From assembly GCF_001194135.2 (NCBI RefSeq), contig NC_069001.1, forward strand, positions 32,315,502 through 32,351,391: DNA of 35,890 nt. Reading direction: 5' to 3'. The notes beneath the pieces are model-generated. The model was not told the DNA's origin. It saw only the letters and a list, made by a program, of their open reading frames with translations, and did no database searches. The stretch comes from Octopus bimaculoides. Taxonomy: Eukaryota. A program made the translations under genes and the position numbers. Positions 12,123-21,767 of this stretch are shown in pieces. Position 1 is the first letter of the stretch, and every line of letters starts with the position of its first letter.

Positions 12123-12371
12123 TATCTGTGACAAATTTTTCTCGAGCAATTTGCAGTTAAGTAGAGAGACACATCTTCATAAACTGAAAAAAATTATATT
12201 ATTTGTCTTTACTTTTATTTCATTTCTCTTCTTGACATGAAATTGTTATTTTTTCCCTCTCTCCAAATTTATAGTCTTTAAATAGTATTCATTAAGAGAT
12301 ATTATACAAATATAATGATGGTTGTTGTGTTACTGCCAAAAGAAAACAAATATTACAGAAATATTACCATA

Positions 12372-12770
12372 GGCGTAGGAGTGGCTGTGTGGTAAGTAGC
12401 TTGCTTACCAACCACATGGTCCCGGGTTCAGTCCCACTGCGTGGCACCTTGGGCAAGTGTCTTCTACTATAGCCTCGGGCCGACCAAAGCCTTGTGAGTG
12501 GATTTGGTAGACAGAAACTGAAAGAAGCCCGTCGTATATGTGTATATATATATATGTGTGTGTGTGTGTATGTTTGTATGTGTGTCCCCCCAACATCGCT
12601 TGACAACCGATGCTGGTGTGTTTATGTCCCCGTAACTCAGCGGTTCGGCAAAATAGATCGATAGAATAAGTACTAGGCTTCTAAAGAATAAGTCCTGGGG
12701 TCGATTTGCTCGACTAAAGGCGGTGCTCCAGCATGGCCACAGTCAAAATACTGAAACAAGTAAAAGAGTA
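12372..12770 (+). mobile_element. SINE family A, apparently full length (tRNA-type head, internal TA/TG microsatellite, AAGTAAAAGAGTA tail)
   Basis: Pol III A-box-like TGGCTGTGTGG and B-box-like GGTTCAGTCCC; absent from the paralogous flank of ZNF-4 at about 19790. Confidence 0.88.
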
Positions 12771-12921
12771 TACACATTATATAGATAGAGAAACAAATGA
12801 TTTACGCAAGAGCTATAACAGTAACAGTTGCAATATTTCTGGGAGAAAGGAAATGTAGGATAGTCAAGAAGGGAGGGTGCATCGGTAAGTAATTGTTCCT
12901 TTGTCTGTATATATATATATT

Positions 12922-13110
12922 ATGGTTTCAAATTTGGACACATGGTCAGCAAGTTCGTGGGAAGGGTTTAAGTCAATTATATTGACCCCAGTACTCAACT
13001 GGTACTTATTTTATTGACCCTGAAAGGATGAAGGGTGAAGTCAACCCTTGCAGCATTTCAACTCAGAATGTAAAGTCAGAAGAGAAGGTAATGGTTCTGC
13101 AAGCTTGCCT
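12922..13110 (-). mobile_element. SINE family B
   Basis: Reverse complement aligns to 19870-20082. Confidence 0.75.
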
Positions 13111-13563
13111 CCTTTATTTTTACATGTAATATCTATATGATATCTTGGGTATGATCTGATTATAAATGCAAAAAGAAATTAATATTAAAAGTAAGAGACT
13201 TTTCCATTCTTCCTGAGAATTAAACTAATACAATTGCTTGTTGTTCAGATACCTGTCTTCGTCTTTTGTTTTCTGTAAATTTGAATGATATAAATGTGTG
13301 TATATATATTATTCAAATATATATGCATATATATATGTTTGTATATTTATGTATGTATATAAATAAGAAAATGGAAAAAATTGATGTACAGACGTTATTT
13401 ATTTAAAGGCATTCTAATTCATGCAGAGAATTTCCTGCCTACAGCTGTTTCCACAACCAATCAAATCAATTACAGAAATAAAATTCTGTGTCTCTTTGGC
13501 ATGGTTTTTACAGCTGGATGCCCTTCCTAACACCAACCACCCAGCTGAGTGGACAGAATGCAT

Positions 13564-13604
<41 letters not shown>

Positions 13605-13943
13605 TACATAGGGGAGAATATACGAAAAAACAACAGCAGACAAGAAGTTTTGAGACTTTTTTGAAGGGAAGAGTGTTGTAACTTGGAATTCATTGTAATT
13701 TTAGTATCGTACCAGGGGAGACAACTCTTCTTTTCCACTTTTTTTAAATTCAGTTTTCAGTACAAAACAGACCAAGACTATATTTACCTCTATCAGTAAA
13801 GAGGCTATGTACCTCCAGCCACCATTTCTGAACAGAGTTTTCTGTTGCCCAGTGCAATAGTAGACATGAAACAAATGGTAACTTTCTGACTGGTTATATG
13901 CCATAACCAAGGATATACTACCTTGAATACACAAATGCATGTA

Positions 13944-14157
13944 TGAGGTGGTTCTGAAAATTCCTGGCTTTAAGGGTATCATGAAAGACGTGGCTGGAGG
14001 CCCAACCTTCCAAGTTCTTTTACAGGGCTTAGAAAAACTGAAAAACTACTGCAATAAGTGTAAATATGAGAGGAGAATATGTTGAATAAAATTATAACCA
14101 GCTGATCTGCTTGTATTTTCTTTTACCCAGAGCCAGGAACTTTTCAGCATCCCCTCG
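13944..14157 (+). mobile_element. Tc1/mariner deletion derivative (MITE)
   Basis: Flanked by TA (13942-13943, 14158-14159); imperfect TIRs of about 27 bp (TGAGGTGGTTCTGAAAATTCCTGGCT / AGCCAGGAACTTTTCAGCATCCCCTCG); internal remnant GLEKLKNYCNKC..RGEYVE* resembles a mariner transposase C-terminus. Confidence 0.8.
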
Positions 14158-14259
14158 TAAGTGTGTGAAAGGCTAGGCTACTATGAGAGACTATTTAATC
14201 AGGAGAATGGAATGGAGTTTCTCCTTTGTGAACCCAAAAGAGGGACCATCTATCCTACA

Positions 14260-14702
14260 TGAGAGTAGTATGACACATAAATCTATTAAAGCTGTGCCAA
14301 CAGGAAAACTGATAAACAGCAGTTACTACTGAGATGCTTTAACTATGTGGTAGAGTAAGATATCGTCTTGTTACCTGTATAGTCAATTGGCCTATTCAAG
14401 AGGGCTCATTTCCAGTGACTGGTGTAGTGGCATTATAGTCTGTTGTGACGAGGGTAAGGGAGATGTCTAAGGAAGAAGTAATTATAGAGGTGGCTATAGT
14501 TGATAAGAGACTGCAAGTGGAAACCTTCTACAGAAGGAGATTAGTTCAGTCATCGCTGCTTAACCCAGGCGAAGCATACAGGCTAAAGAGTGAAACGGTA
14601 ATGACCCTGAGATACCTGCTGATGATATGGAAGGGTTTCTAGTACTGTGAGGGATTTAGAATAGCTTATGCAGTTTCTGTGGGGTGAAAAGCATTTGCCG
14701 TC
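14260..14702 (+). mobile_element. Degraded RTE-clade LINE RT fragment
   Basis: TEML, ISSDWCSGIIVCCDEGKGDV*GRSNYRG, and frameshifted PGRS-TT-like and EKAFDR-like remnants. Confidence 0.7.
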
Positions 14703-14704
14703 TG

Positions 14705-14741
<37 letters not shown>

Positions 14742-15093
14742 AAATAGTAAATGAGTATATGCATATATACGTACAGGTATGTGCGTACCGACATCCACCT
14801 GTATGTATAGGTGCATATCTGGGTACAGGACATTGCAAACAAAACGTAGACGAGAAAACACACAAGCCACATAGAGAACATTCTATTTCATCAGCTACCC
14901 CCGTTTTAACACCGGCGTTTCAAAGAGCTGGGCAGGACGCATCGTTAAAACGGCTCTTCCCATGGACCGCAAATTAAATTTGTATACACAAATTAAATCT
15001 TGCCATGGAGGAATGTAGTGGCGGACAAAAAACAAGACAGGAAAACAAACAGAAAAGGCTTTACGGCCAGACGAGAAAAATTATGTGTGTATA

Positions 15094-15378
15094 TAAAGAC
15101 CCCCTTCGGTCATGAATGACCATGGGATTGCACCTAGAAAGTTACCCACCGAGGCACATGTCTGCGCAAGGTTGTTTGTGGAAGACCAGCAGTCGCCCAT
15201 GCATACCAGCCTCCCAACTACATGCCATTGATGTTATCCAAGGGAAAGGCAAAAGTTGAAACAGCTTGGCAATAGTGACGTCGCAATCCACTTCTACAGC
15301 TGAGTGAACTGGAACAACGTGAAATAAAGTGTCTTGCTCAAGAGCCCAACACACATCCCGGTCCGAGAATCGAGATCA
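15094..15378 (-). mobile_element. SINE family C (centre X plus tail 1)
   Basis: Aligns along its length to 20519-20862. Confidence 0.8.
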
Positions 15379-15379
15379 C

Positions 15380-15476
15380 TGCGCACGCGCGCACTCATGC
15401 ACACACTTGTGTACCTCATTATGAGCAGACGCTACTTTCCACTCACATTTCACACAGCGCATGTGCAACCGGATAT
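15380..15476 (+). promoter_or_regulatory. ZNF-4 upstream region: perfect NRF1-consensus site (15380-15391) and conserved block (15456-15476)
   Basis: TGCGCACGCGCG matches YGCGCAYGCGCR exactly; AGCGCATGTGCAACCGGATAT matches the ZNF-2 and -3 blocks. Confidence 0.62.
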
Positions 15477-16918
15477 CTCCCGCCACCACCTTCAACTATT
15501 CTCCTCTCATATTGACATTGATTTCATTTCTGAAAACAATAATTTAATTTCGAAAGAAATCTTAATTTATTGACGGTAAAGTACTCATATTTATACCGTA
15601 CATTATAGTACATGTATCTGTTTACTAACAACATAGATCACTATCAATGACTAAATAATTACTGTGGTTTATACGAGATATTTTTTCCTAATGTTCTCTT
15701 CATTCAATCGTTTTTCTTTTCTTTTCACTTTCATTAATCTAACTTTTGGTAAATGTGAAGAATTACGGCGTAATTTCGAAGATATGAGGAATGTATAAAA
15801 ACATGACGTTTTACTTAAAACGAAATGGAAACATTGTTTACTACAATCATAATATTGCAGTGATTACAAACAAGTCTATAATTTGATACAGTTATGCATT
15901 AATGCATCTTAAAATTAATATACGTCTCCCTTAGGTCTGTATTTAAATAATTACTCGTTACCTAAATTGTTTTCTGTTTCCCGTAATACACATTCTTTTA
16001 CAACGCAATTATTGCCAATTCTTAAACGTTCGTCGTTACGTGGTAAAATTGTGTTCCTGATTTCTTTCCAAAATGGAAACGAAATAATGTTTATTCTGAA
16101 GAGTAAATATTTTCATTTCAAAAGCACGTGTATTGCGAAGATGGAAAAAGATGTTAAAGCAACTTACACGTTTTTGATTTATAAACAGCGTTAAAGGAAA
16201 TAGTAAATGCAGATGGAATAATTTGTGTGATGTAGGAGAAATAATGGATATTGTTATGTCTGCAATGATGTTCTGCACAGTGAGAACTGATCTGGGGTTA
16301 AAGCATCGACTGACAATGAACTACCTTCCTGGATAGAAAGCCCTATGTCCACTATTTTATAGTTTTGCATAAATAATGATAGCGTTGCTGTAGTCTGTGA
16401 TATATAGACCTCTCATGAGGTTGTTCGATGTAATTTTAATAACAAATTTAAAGTTCAGATGACGACGTAAATATTTATATTGAAAATGTAGCAAATTTTC
16501 CATCATTGAATCTACTCTTAAGTATCCCTCCATCTTATACCGTTTCTCTATTATTTCAGAAATATCAGATGACATTGGTATAAAAGTATTTCTTACTTCA
16601 GATGTGTGGTCGATATATATCATCTTTTAAAAAGGAAGTTGTTCCACAGAATGGATATCATTCTGTTTCTATAAGTTTGTGATGGAATTAGTGGGGAATG
16701 TTTGTTGTGATTTGAGATCATTTGCAAAATTCTTCTACTTCTCTGTCTGGAATATCTTCAAGAGCTGGTTGTTTTCTAATTAACCATGGAGAAATTTTCA
16801 CAGGAGTTTGTAATATCTTCAGCCATCAACAAAGATCACGTTTTATGGAATTATAGCAGTAGAAATAATAATTGTTAAGAAAATACAGAAGAAACGAAGT
16901 TGTCAAAGAGGAATAATT

Positions 16919-18523
16919 ATGGAAAATGAATTCTGTGAGAAGTCAATTCAAATTAAAACAGAGACTGAAAGCATTGATTCTTGTGATGAGATTCAGAATG
17001 AGAGAGAAGAAACATCATATACCTGTGATATCTGTAAAAAGTCATTCTCTCAAAAAAGTCATCTAACTGATCACAAACATATTCACACAGGAGAGAAGCC
17101 ATATCGTTGTGACATATGTGGTAGACTATTCTCTGCAAGTGGTGCCTTAAACACTCACAAACGCATTCACACAGGAGAGACACCATATCACTGTGATATC
17201 TGTGGTAAATCATTTTCTGTAAATGGTAACTTAAATGCTCACAAACGTATTCATACAGGAAAGAAACCTTATCATTGTGATACCTGCAGTAAATCATTTT
17301 TTGACAGTCACACTTTAAATAATCACAAACATATTCATACAAAAGAGAAACCATATTGCTGTGATATTTGTGGTAAATCTTTCCCAAATAAAAGTAAATT
17401 AAGAAGACACATATATATTCATACAGGAGAAAAACCCTATTGCTGTAACATCTGTGGTAAATCATTCTGTCAAAATGTTGACTTAAATAAGCACATACGG
17501 ATCCATACAGGAGAAAAGCCATTTCAGTGTGATATTTGTGGTAAATCTTGTTCTAGAAGCAGTGACTTGATTATACATAAGCGTGTTCATACAGGAGAAA
17601 AACCGTATCACTGTGATATCTGTGGTAAATCTTTCTCTGGAAGTAGTGCCTTGCATATACATAGGCGTATTCATACAGGAGAGACACCATATCACTGTGA
17701 TATTTGTGGTAAATCATTTTCTGAAGGTGGTACCTTAACTAAGCATAAACGCATTCATACTGGAGAGAAACCATATCACTGTGATATCTGTGGTAAAACA
17801 TTCTCCATTAGGGGAAATATAAATGGGCACAAACGTATCCATACAGGAGAAAAACCATACAAGTGTGATATTTGTGGTCAGTCATTCTCTAAGAACAGAT
17901 ATTTAACTGAACACAAACGTCTCCATACAGGAGAAAAGCCATTTCACTGTGATATCTGTGGTCAGTCATTCTCTGTGAATAGACATTTAACCAAACACAA
18001 ATGCATCCATTCAGGAGAAAAGTTATATCAGTGCGACATCTGTGAGAAATCATTCTCTACCAATAGATATTTAACTAAACACAAATATATTCATACAGGA
18101 GAGGGACCATATCCTCATGACTTTTGTAACAAATCATTTTCTCATGGTAAAGCTTTAATTATACGCAAACACATTAATACAAATGAGAAACCATATCAGT
18201 GTGATATCTGCGGTAAATCATTTTCTCAACAATATTTAACTATACACAAACGCACTCATACAGGTGAGAAGCCATATCTCTGTGTTATCTGTGGGAAATC
18301 TTTCTCTCAAAATGTTCACTTAACTCTACACAAACGCACTCACACAGGTGAGAAGCCTTATCACTGTGATATATGTGGAAAATCTTTCTCTCAAAGAAGT
18401 ACCTTGTCTAATCACAAATATGTCCACAGAGCAGAAAAACTGTACCTCTGTGACATTTGTGGCAAATCATTCTCCAGAAGTTTTCAACTAACGAGACACA
18501 AGCGTCTTCATACAGAGGAGTAG
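16919..18523 (+). CDS. ZNF-4: 534-aa C2H2 protein, 35-aa leader plus 18 finger units (unit 14 degenerate, unit 15 one residue short)
   Basis: ORF track translation; 17 units retain CCHH ligands. Confidence 0.95.
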   Translation: MENEFCEKSIQIKTETESIDSCDEIQNEREETSYTCDICKKSFSQKSHLTDHKHIHTGEKPYRCDICGRLFSASGALNTHKRIHTGETPYHCDICGKSFSVNGNLNAHKRIHTGKKPYHCDTCSKSFFDSHTLNNHKHIHTKEKPYCCDICGKSFPNKSKLRRHIYIHTGEKPYCCNICGKSFCQNVDLNKHIRIHTGEKPFQCDICGKSCSRSSDLIIHKRVHTGEKPYHCDICGKSFSGSSALHIHRRIHTGETPYHCDICGKSFSEGGTLTKHKRIHTGEKPYHCDICGKTFSIRGNINGHKRIHTGEKPYKCDICGQSFSKNRYLTEHKRLHTGEKPFHCDICGQSFSVNRHLTKHKCIHSGEKLYQCDICEKSFSTNRYLTKHKYIHTGEGPYPHDFCNKSFSHGKALIIRKHINTNEKPYQCDICGKSFSQQYLTIHKRTHTGEKPYLCVICGKSFSQNVHLTLHKRTHTGEKPYHCDICGKSFSQRSTLSNHKYVHRAEKLYLCDICGKSFSRSFQLTRHKRLHTEE

Positions 18524-18705
18524 CACACAAGACAAAATGCTTAGTGACATTTCATCCACCTTGATGTTCTGGGTTCAAATTCTACCATGCTTAACTTCCA
18601 TCCTTTCAGGGTCTATAACAGTAAGTAACAGTCAAGTACTGGACTTCATGGAATCAAACTGTTCCCCTCCCACAAAATGTCAGGCCTTGCATATATAGTA
18701 GAAAG
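18520..18705 (+). mobile_element. 5'-truncated SINE family B overlapping the ZNF-4 stop codon
   Basis: GTAGCACACAAGACAAAATGCTTAGTGACATTTCATCC aligns to GTTAGCATGCCGGGCGAAATGCTTAGCGGTATTTCGTC (reverse complement of the copy at 32180-32312). Confidence 0.75.
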
Positions 18706-18860
18706 GATATTTTTGGTAACTCCATCTCTGGAAATGGGTAGCTTCACATCACTCAGACTGATTTATACAGAAGAGAAGCTATTTCAAGGTATTTGTGGTA
18801 AATGACTTTCTGTTGGTAGTCACTAAACAAGACAGAAACATATTAAAATGAGAGAGAAGC
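18706..18860 (+). pseudogene. Two heavily decayed zinc fingers downstream of the SINE
   Basis: DIFGNSISGNG*L... and IYTEEKLFQGICGK*LSVGSH*TRQKHI. Confidence 0.6.
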
Positions 18861-19869
18861 AGAAGATAAACAGAACGATAAGTATCCAAAAGAATAGTCC
18901 CTTCATCATTATCATTTACCCTCCATTTTTCATGCTGGTATGGGTTGGACAGCTTGACAGGAGTGGCAAGCCAGAGGACTGCACCAAGCTCCACTATCTA
19001 CACATACACACTTGTTTTTGTTTACCTCTCCCAAACCAATTCACATAACTTTGCTCAGCTGGAGCTATTAAGAAGCGTGGACATACTTTTACAGTGGACT
19101 GCAAGCAAACCAGCTCCATCAGAGAGGCCAGTGTTCACAATCAGCAAACATACATAAAGACAAAGGCAATATTCTGAATGCATGCACTTCTATATCTTAT
19201 CTTTAATGTCAACTTTTCCATGCTTTTATGGGTCAGATAGAATTTATAGAGGCAGTTCTCTATCCTTTCTGTTGTTTACTCTCACCTCTTTCCAAGCATT
19301 TTTTTTTTTCCTTTTCTGTTTGTGTAAGTTTTCTTCTTCCTGAGGTGGACACATTTACAAGTAAAGAAACCCTAAGAATTTTTTTGTTTTTTGTTTGCTT
19401 AAATTTTTATTTCATTTTTCTTTTTATTATGAAACTATTGTTTCAGTTCATTTTTTTTTCTCTCTCCAAGTCTTTAACCCTTTAGCATTCACATAATTCT
19501 ATCAAATGTAATGCTTATTTTTTTCTCATTGTTAATTAATCTGCTTTATTTTGTAGCTTTGAGATTTTGATGAGGTAACTGTTAATTTTTAGAATGATAT
19601 TGTGAGGTTGGTGTGAGAGGGTAGATCAAGCCAGTTTGAACAGAAAGCAGGTGGAATATTTTGGCTGGATATGGCCAGTTTAAAAGCTTAAGGGTTAAAT
19701 AATACTCATTTAGAAATATTATACAAATGTCATGATGGCTATTGTGTTACTGCCAAAAGGAAGCAAGTGTTTCAGCAATTTTACCATACAGATTATTTGG
19801 ACAGAGAGGCAAGAAATGATTTATGCCAGAGCTATAAAAGTGATAGTTACAATATTAATAGCAATATTA

Positions 19870-20082
19870 GGACGGTGAGCTGGCAGAATTGTTAGTATGC
19901 CAGGCAAAATGCTTAGTGGCATTTCGTCCATCTTTACATTCTGAATCAATATTCCACCAGTGTCACCTTCGCCTTTCATCCTTTCAGAGTTCATAAAATA
20001 AGTACCAGTTTAGCACTGGGGTTGATGTAATCGGCTTGCACCCTCCCCTGAATTTCTGGCCTTGTGCCAAAATTTGAAACCA
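19870..20082 (+). mobile_element. SINE family B with degenerate 15-bp target-site duplication
   Basis: ATTAATAGCAATATT (19854-19868) vs ATTAATAACTATATT (20085-20099), 13/15; absent from the paralogous ZNF-3 flank at about 12835. Confidence 0.8.
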
Positions 20083-20518
20083 TTATTAATAACTATATTT
20101 CTGGGAAGAAGGGAGGCCAGATAGTTAGGTAGTTGTTTCTATGTTTATATAATAATATCTGTATATGATATCCTATGTATCATCTGAATTACAAATACAA
20201 AAGAATGGAATAACAAAAATGAATATATAAATTATTTCATTAAACAATTGCTGAAAAGAATGATTTTTATAATTTTTTTTTAACCTTTTTGTATTCAGAT
20301 TATTCTGTGAAATGTAATGCTTATTTATTCACATTGTTTCGAATTAATCATGCATTATCTTGTGGTGTCAAAATTTTGATGATGTCATTTCAAGAATAAC
20401 ATTGTCCAGAAACCTGTGGAAGGCTGGATCTAGCCAATTTGAACATGAAACAGGTTTGGGCTGGATATGGCCGGTTTAAATGCTAAATGATTAAAGCGAG
20501 GTACTTATGTATATATAA

Positions 20519-20862
20519 GGGTAAAGGGTAAAGACCTCCCTTCAGTCACAAATGACTATGGGATTGCACGTAGAAAGTTCTCCTCTGAGGCACAAGTCCA
20601 GGCAAGATTGTTTATGGAAAACCAGCAGTCGCCCATGCGTACCAGCCCCCACCCCTCTCCATGCCACTGATGTTGTCCAAAGGAAAGGCAGAGGCTGATA
20701 CAGCTTGACACAAGTGACATCGCAACTCATTTCTACAGCTGAGTGAACTGGAGCAACATGAAGTAAAGTGTCTTGCTCAAGAACACAACACACAGCCCGG
20801 TCCAGGAATTGAACTCACTACCTCATGATTGTGAGCCCAGTGCTGTAACCACTGAGCCATAT
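20519..20862 (-). mobile_element. SINE family C, near full length
   Basis: Reverse complement: A-box-like TGGCTCAGTGG, B-box-like AGTTCAATTCC, then centre TCTTGAGCAAGACACTTTACTTCATGTTGCTCCAGTTCACTCAGCTG. Confidence 0.85.
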
Positions 20863-21414
20863 GTGTGTATATTATACACTCACAAACAACTGTATGCATC
20901 GATGTATAATTAACCCCATCATTAAATCATCTGCTTTACATCCCCTGAGAATCGCTTGGATCTGCTCGCATTGGACTTAATGAAATCAAAGTGCCTGTGA
21001 CAAACCTTCTCAACAATTTATCTTAGACTAGTCACTGCATTCCCCCTTTCTATCACCCACTCACCTTTTCCACTCTTGCGAGCTTACCTACACATAATCT
21101 GCCTCTATCAAATCTCTCCCCCACAACATCTTCCTAACACCCAATCCCTCTGTCCACTCTGGTCAAATTGTCCAACCCATGCCAGCAAAAAAAGCAGATG
21201 TTAAATGGTGATCTACTTGTTTTGGTCCTTTAACTGCGACCATGCTGGAGAATCTTTGGTCAAATGAGCTGTCCCTAGCCCATCACCCTCTGCTTTATTT
21301 TTGTGAATCTGCTATTTATGCTATGGGTCTCCATTGCCAAGGGCATAAACACACCAACGTTGGTTGTCAAGCAGTGGTGGGGGCGGGTTCAAACACAGGC
21401 ATGACAGCACACAG

Positions 21415-21600
21415 ATGCAGGCACGGGCATGGCTGTGTGGTTAGGAAGCTTGCTTCCCAGCTACATGGTTTCGGGTTCAGTCCCACCGCGTGGCACCTTA
21501 GGCAAGTGTCTTCTGCTATAGCCCCGAGCCGACCGAAGCTTTGTGATTGAATCTGGTAGGCGGAAGTTACTGCCGTGTGTGTATATGTTTGTGTATGTGC
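21415..21600 (+). mobile_element. SINE family A head; a reversed 3' half of the same family lies at about 21230-21400
   Basis: GGCATGGCTGTGTGGTTAGGAAGCTTGCTT...GGGTTCAGTCCCAC. Confidence 0.8.
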
Positions 21601-21767
21601 TTGTGCCTCCGAAAGAGAGATAGAGGGGGTATATATATGTATGTGATTATAAGGAAAAGTTTTTCTCCAATGCATAGACTTCACTTTGAAGTGCTCCAGA
21701 TATTCAAACCTGAGGCATTAGAATAATGTAGAAGAATCCAATTTAGCCAAATCCAATTCACATATAC

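Noticed and set aside
545-17695. Minus-strand ORFs over the ZNF genes ([11 protein letters not shown]... repeats, up to 189 aa)
   Set aside because: Antisense shadows of the 84-bp finger repeat; no independent signal.
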